Below, piece by piece: positions 42,701 through 64,000 of a stretch of 64,000 nucleotides of DNA. The stretch covers positions 11,787,166-11,851,165 of the forward strand of contig CM082578.2 in NCBI GenBank assembly GCA_040954595.2, given 5' to 3'. The stretch is from Balanoglossus misakiensis (taxonomy: Eukaryota; Animalia; Hemichordata). A program made the translations under genes and the position numbers. The first letter of the stretch is position 1. Each line of letters starts with the position of its first letter. The notes beneath the pieces are model-generated. The model did not search any database. It saw only the letters and a program-made list of their open reading frames with translations, and was not told where the DNA came from.

Positions 42701-45700
42701 TTGCTTGGCAATGACACGACGGCCATCGTCCATATTTTAATAATTCATCATGACAACATGTCCTTGGTGTCTTCATAGAGACCTTCAATCTGTTAAAACA
42801 ATCCAGATTTGAATATATTTTCCCCAAATAATCTGAGGTTCATGGAAAGCCACATCTAACCCAGGGGAAGAATTTCCTTTTAAAAGTGTATTTAGGCACC
42901 AGAAACAGAGTTCATGTACTCGCTTGTGAGATGTGCAATGTACATTGATATACTTTAAATATACCTGTCATCAAGTACCTGTAATTCCCTTACAAGCCCC
43001 AAGATTTAATCCATCTCTAGTACATGGGATTTTTTTTTCTGCCTGAGGCTCATAAACCACACTTCACTTTGTTCAATTGGAAAGGACAGTAGTGCCAGGC
43101 ATTCATGTACATGACATTATGTACACGTATCAGTGCTATTCAAGTGCCTCATGTTTATCACATGTACCCCCCCCCCCAGGCCTGGCTGTGGATCAAGCAG
43201 GTGAACATGGCAGTGGATAATGCTTACAGTCTACAGAAAGTAAATATTACTGATACAAAGTAACATATTGTACAAGTGAGTGTTCTGAGCCAGTGTTCGC
43301 TTTGGTTTGAAGGACCCTAGTAATGAGCTCATATTTTATGTGCCAAAGTATGGTGAAACTGTCCATTTTGTTATTTCTGAGGCAATATTTGCCATTTTTG
43401 GTCAAAAACTCTACGAGCTACTTTTGACACACTGACCTTTGACACATTGTGAGAAAACAAGTCACTGTCGTCACTCAACACAGTTAAATGTTTTCCAAAT
43501 GACCTTATTGTTATTGCTATGTACAGTTATATGAATCCATACCGTGTGTTACAAGTTCACCAGTAAAAATTGGCCTCTTTAATCTTGCCTGAACTAAGAC
43601 TTCATTAGAAAAACATGTTCTCTGAGAATAAATCAGTTAAAAATGAATACATTTACAGAAACTAGATCATGGGAAAATCTAGTTCAATGTCAATAAAAAG
43701 TAATAATATTAATTTAAACATAATTTAACATTTCTGGCATTTGCAAAGTTCATTAGAAGCAGCACAGTGGTGATTTCCTGTAAATGATGGATTTTTATAT
43801 TGGAGGGTTATTTGCATCAAGGCAGACTAAATTGGGCCAAGATTAGATATTTGATAGATACCTGTTTGTACCAGGTACCTGAATTCAAGGGATGGTATTG
43901 GTAATGGAAAATGACAAGAGTAAGGCTGCTACATGAAACATGAAAAGAACCCAAAACTGACAAAGGTACATACAACCGACTAATGTTAGTATTGCAAGTG
44001 TCTTGTAAATTGCACATGTACACCAGCCAGAATGCCAGTGCGAAAAAACTTCTTCCGGCAGGTGTATTTAGTGCGTGTGACTATTTCCCTTTAAATCCAT
44101 TGTTCCTGACAAGATTTCCTCTAAAGTGAGTTTTTATAGTGACTACAAAAGTGGAAGGTCAGAATTCAGATTTATTGTGCGTACAATGTTAACAGTCAAT
44201 GACTTCCACATCAATAACATCAACTGAAGGGATTTAGTGAGAGGTCAAGGGTCATTCTGCCAGCTGACCTATTTCTCAGCTCCATTAATTGCCTGGCTGA
44301 GCCCCAATTAAACTGTTTTATTTGGTGTCATATTCCAAGCGTTGGTTGGCTTCATTCAATCATGGTGAATGGATGTTTGTTGATCTAAAGGGTGGTGTGG
44401 TTGGCTAGGATGTGGAGTAACTAAACCTGACTTTGTGTGAGACTTCGGACGAGACAAGTACATTTTGTTCTAGACACCCACTGCCAAGCAACTTGACAAC
44501 GAGGCTGGCTTCTTAGTTACATTGTATAATGGACTTAGTTGTAGGGTATGCCAAGGCATGCGAAAACATTTTCTCATGCATTGTATCTGTCACTCTGTGA
44601 ATCAAAATAGTTTGTCTTCCTTTGCACGGTTCACAGTAAAGTGACCTTTACGACTGATGTTAATGGTGGATGTGTGGTGTTACATGCGAGAGTTTACGGA
44701 AGCAGCCAGCGACACAGGCTTCTGTCAGGAACCATGCATGCATGCATGTATATCGTGGTTGCCATGGAACTGTAGAATATAGTCATGCACCTTTGGGATT
44801 TGCTATATGTATTCTTAAAAAAAAACTGAATCTTGTGGTTGCTTGTATTTTGCCATGATTTTAGTGTTTTTGTGTGTAATTTGGAATGACAGTGACACAA
44901 GTGAATAATGATTCATGTACTACATTATTGGGCAATTTTATAATTTGCGGCAATTTGTTTCTTGCTCGTATTCTATCATGCATCTTCCACTTCCAGATGA
45001 CCTTGTAACTCTATGTAAAGGACAGTATGTGGATATCATAGACAATGAGACAGATGGTCAAATATCAACATACATGTTGAGACGGGTATTGCCTTCAATG
45101 GCAGAAAAATGTTTAGAAATGCAGAGATCAGTGCCTCACACTCCGATGTTTGGACTGTCACATACAAAATGTATCTGTATAATGACTCAGGGTATTTTTT
45201 TTATCTCAGACGATATCTACATTGTATGCTCTCTGCATGCCTCTACATTTTCAGAGATACATTACAGTGGTTGTCATGACAGACGGACAGATACACGAAG
45301 AAATGGATACCCAGATACATGGATTGAGATGTATACATTGTACCATACATGACTCTAACAGTGAGTGATGTGGGGAAGGGGGGTATAGGATAATTTGTGA
45401 GGGGTTATTGACCGCTGTGGATTGGCTTTTACAACACCCACATAAATCATCTACAGATGTGCTGTGCATTAAACAACCAAGTCCAATACACAAATACATG
45501 TACACACCACCAGTATGAATCAGACTTGCAAGCAAATATATACTGTACACACAGAGACCTGACCACAAACAAACTTTCCTTGTTACAGAACTACAGATAC
45601 ATTTGGATGTGTATATATTTGTACACAATGTGTACACATGCAGCTACTCCGTAAAATAAAAAGCTTTACTGAGGAACAGGTTTGCAAACATCGTTCAGCG

Positions 45701-48518
45701 CTTTTAGTAAAAAGCTGGTTTCAAAATTCCCACCCTTATATACTGGATAGGGTACACATTCACAAGTCGCTTGCTTTATAGTTATTTGAAATGAATGAAA
45801 GTGTTGATAGATACTCTGGCATGCGTACAGGTTCGCATATCATACATGTGCGTGGTGTGGTGTGCTGGCTTGAACTTTTCTAGGTCATGTAGTGGAACAT
45901 AAACCAGGGCCTGGAACTCGATGTATTCTTTAAAAGGCAATTATGTTTACCTGCGCTACAGTAAAAACTCACCTTTGAGCAGTTGGACAATGACAGCCCA
46001 GTGTCCGAATGAACAATACACAGGAAGTACACTTCACTGGGGATATACATGTCTCAGTCTGTCTGCCCCTGTTCCATATCTGTATTTCAGATTTCAAGCC
46101 AATGTGTGTACATATGACAAATCTGTGTACAGTATGTGCACTTGATTTTTGCTGCAGGGCAGAAGTTGTCCACATCTTCAGTGGATGTCTGGACCATTTC
46201 CATCTTTAAATTTCCTAAATACAAGTTTCCAAGGTGTGTATGACGTACATGTCGGGGAAAACAGAGACTGGCAATGTCATTGTGTAAATGATGATTGACC
46301 ATGGCCAAAAATACAGTCCCTTAAGGCCAGTACAGACAGCATGATCAAGTCGTTCAAATTCATATGTGTTCTTCACGTTCTTGCAGTTCGTATGTGTTTT
46401 TGTTCAATGCAGATCTGTTCACAAATAAAAGTTCCTTCTTTAATAGTGCGTGGATTTGCAAGAATTCATTTGGTCCCTAGATGATGATGTCTATTGTTTG
46501 GCTTCTTACATGTATAAGGTTTTAATTCAAAGGTCAATCATATTGCGATTTTCTATCCCGTAGAAGTGACATGACATGCCTGTGTTGCTGTTACAGATTC
46601 GTATCCATTGCTGTACCGGAATACTTGCATCAGTTGTCAATGTGTTCATTGCTGCGTACTCTTTGATCGGTATTTTTCAAAAGGCGACATCATCTGTTGA
46701 CCTGTGACCTTTGGTGGGGGTCAAATATGTCAATTGCGCTAATTATGAAATCGGCCAAGTATAGCCCGCAATCAGTCCAGCAGATGAGTATTGTCTGTTA
46801 CAACCATATCGTATGTTGATTTCAATAACTGGTGTAGTCTGAGAAACGAGCTCCGACCTGAGCTTTGACGTAGATACACGACTTGGTATCCATCTGTCAC
46901 ATGGTTTGATGAATTATGAATTTACGAAAAGATCCTCAAAATAAAACGCATCTGCGTACAACTGTGCCAGTGTCACCGACAGAGCAATCAGTCATTAAAC
47001 TTTATTGCATTTGAAAAGTAGGCGAACTGTCTCACAAAAACAAATCGTAATTTGGATAATGGGATTTTATTTTCTGGCGTATGCTGAGTGAGTACATCAC
47101 CTGATACCGTGGCTGCTCAGAACGCTGCAGCTCTAGGTTTTCGTTGTCATGTTCCAATTCTTGCAAATGTGTTTCCACTCTCCTTGTAGGTTTCCTGGAA
47201 AATCTTCCTCACTGAGTGATTTGCATTTCATCCTTTTAATGAACTTAATCCTTGTCACAAACGGGTAAAGTAAAAAAAAAAAAACTATATATCTTGTGGG
47301 CAGGACTCTGGGTGTAGGCTTGTGTTTGATGATTAATACCGGTTGAGGTGTTTTGAATAAAAAGAAAGTCATTATGAAGCAGTTTCTCTATTGAGACAGA
47401 GGAAGTGACATTGGCACTGGTGGTGATGTGAAGGTCGCTCATGTACGTGTGCGTATACGGTTGGGTTGGCAGAGATTGGCCTGTTATTGATTTCATCTAC
47501 TGTACAGTTACTGCTGTTGGGTTGGCAGGGATTGGCGGCAGGCCTGTTTCTGATTTCATCTGTAACGCTGTCGGGTGTATTTCCAGCCCACGCACCTGCT
47601 CAGTTGGCTGCAACCTGGGAGGGATCTTCGCCCCTCCAAGGTCTTGCTCTCGCTGGGGAGACTGTGGTCGAGTCAATGACCTGTGCGAGCGGAAGATGCC
47701 TGGGAGGTGAAGTTTTCTTTTGCCGCAATGCAGCATTATCATTCTGGCCACGTCTGTCTTCTGCAGAGAAAACGACACATCAAACACATTTTCTGTGTTC
47801 AAAGGCACTAAAAATCATCTTGACATTCAATTTGCCATTGTCCTTCACAGTGGCGCTGCCCTTGAGCAGTGTATATAGCCAATGCCAAACCAAGGTCAAG
47901 TACAGTACATTCTACATCTGAATGACACTTGTATATAAGATGTTCTGTGTAACATGAAGTGCTACTTACAAGTGCTACTTTTGTATATTTCTAGTATGTA
48001 GTGTACATAAAAACTGTATCAGGACAATGTTTTGATTCATAAAACGAGATGAATCTTAGTCAGTTATATTTGTCTGTGTATAAATGTTCACAATTTGCAC
48101 AACAATGTTTTTGCCCTGTAATTATGTACTGCAATATAAAGTTGATATTGTGTCAGAGATGTATGTACTGTCTGTAAGAAGAAGATCTCATTCAAACTCT
48201 GTTATTGATATTGCATTAACTCGAACAATTGAACTGGTGCGCTGAATAATTTGTAACGGCTAATTAGGTTTTGTATTTTTCTTCTTCTTCAGATTTGTTG
48301 ACTGCGTAGCTTGTGAGAAACCTGACCAGGCATCCGCCAACTCATCTCCTGGTTTATTTTTCGCCCACCATCGCCATCACTTGCCGTCGTTTGTCGGGAT
48401 TCTTGGAGAGTGAATAACAAGCCGTCAGTTACCTACAGTCGGCAGACACTGGGGCAGAGTCACCCAGGTGCATTCTGTGAGTTAGAACTTGTCAAGAGAG
48501 AGACTTGCTGCCTCCGAA

Positions 48519-63806
<15,288 letters not shown>

Positions 63807-64000
63807 TAAGGAGATGTTTGAGGTGTTTTGTAGATTAAATATATGCTGAAAGTGGCAGCTACATGTAGCTATACAGGATTGAAGTGAACACTTTGTTTGG
63901 TAAGTGCTCCCATGTACCTTTGTAAGAGGCACTGGGACAGTTTAATTTGTGTTTTGACAACTCCATGTGTGCCATGTCACAGCTTTGGAGGCTCTTAGAT

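Noticed and set aside
44915-45654. Overlapping 65-145 aa ORFs in CDK intron 1 (also 56339-56743 and 60527-60946)
   Set aside because: Cys/Ile/Tyr-rich translations typical of AT-rich intron DNA, with no transposase, RT or other domain motifs.
47245-47808. Two in-frame minus ORFs separated by a single TAG, suggesting stop-codon readthrough
   Set aside because: TAG-ATG is the diverged copy of CAG-ATG in a local duplication, the downstream peptide is not protein-like, and no readthrough motif is seen.

Overview
Eukaryotic, intron-rich DNA of roughly 40% GC, most likely from a marine invertebrate (inferred from intron conservation with vertebrates, mosaic CpG depletion and repeat types). The supplied ORF track is mostly noise, so genes were rebuilt by hand from splice sites and reading phase. 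From left to right the window holds: (1) a non-autonomous Helentron/DINE-like element carrying a ~238-bp tandem array (69-2229); (2) the signal-peptide first exon of an unidentified minus-strand gene that runs off the left edge; (3) a six-exon minus-strand gene for an uncharacterised 314-aa type-I membrane protein (signal peptide, divergent CUB, atypical LDLa-like module, TM helix); (4) Rab7, minus strand; (5) SLC35B4, minus strand, 10 exons, whose last intron is U12-type; (6) a divergently transcribed PCTAIRE kinase (CDK16/17/18 family), plus strand, cut off by the right edge. Also present are hAT- and TTAA-type MITEs, an (ATG)47 microsatellite, two long hairpins and many RFX X-boxes. No prokaryotic-type system, CRISPR array, tRNA or rRNA was seen. 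The best leads are the CUB/LDLa-like receptor and its possible short isoforms, a pre-miRNA-sized hairpin in its 3'UTR, the minor intron, and a CDK first-exon AUG that yields either a uORF or an in-frame isoform depending on splicing.
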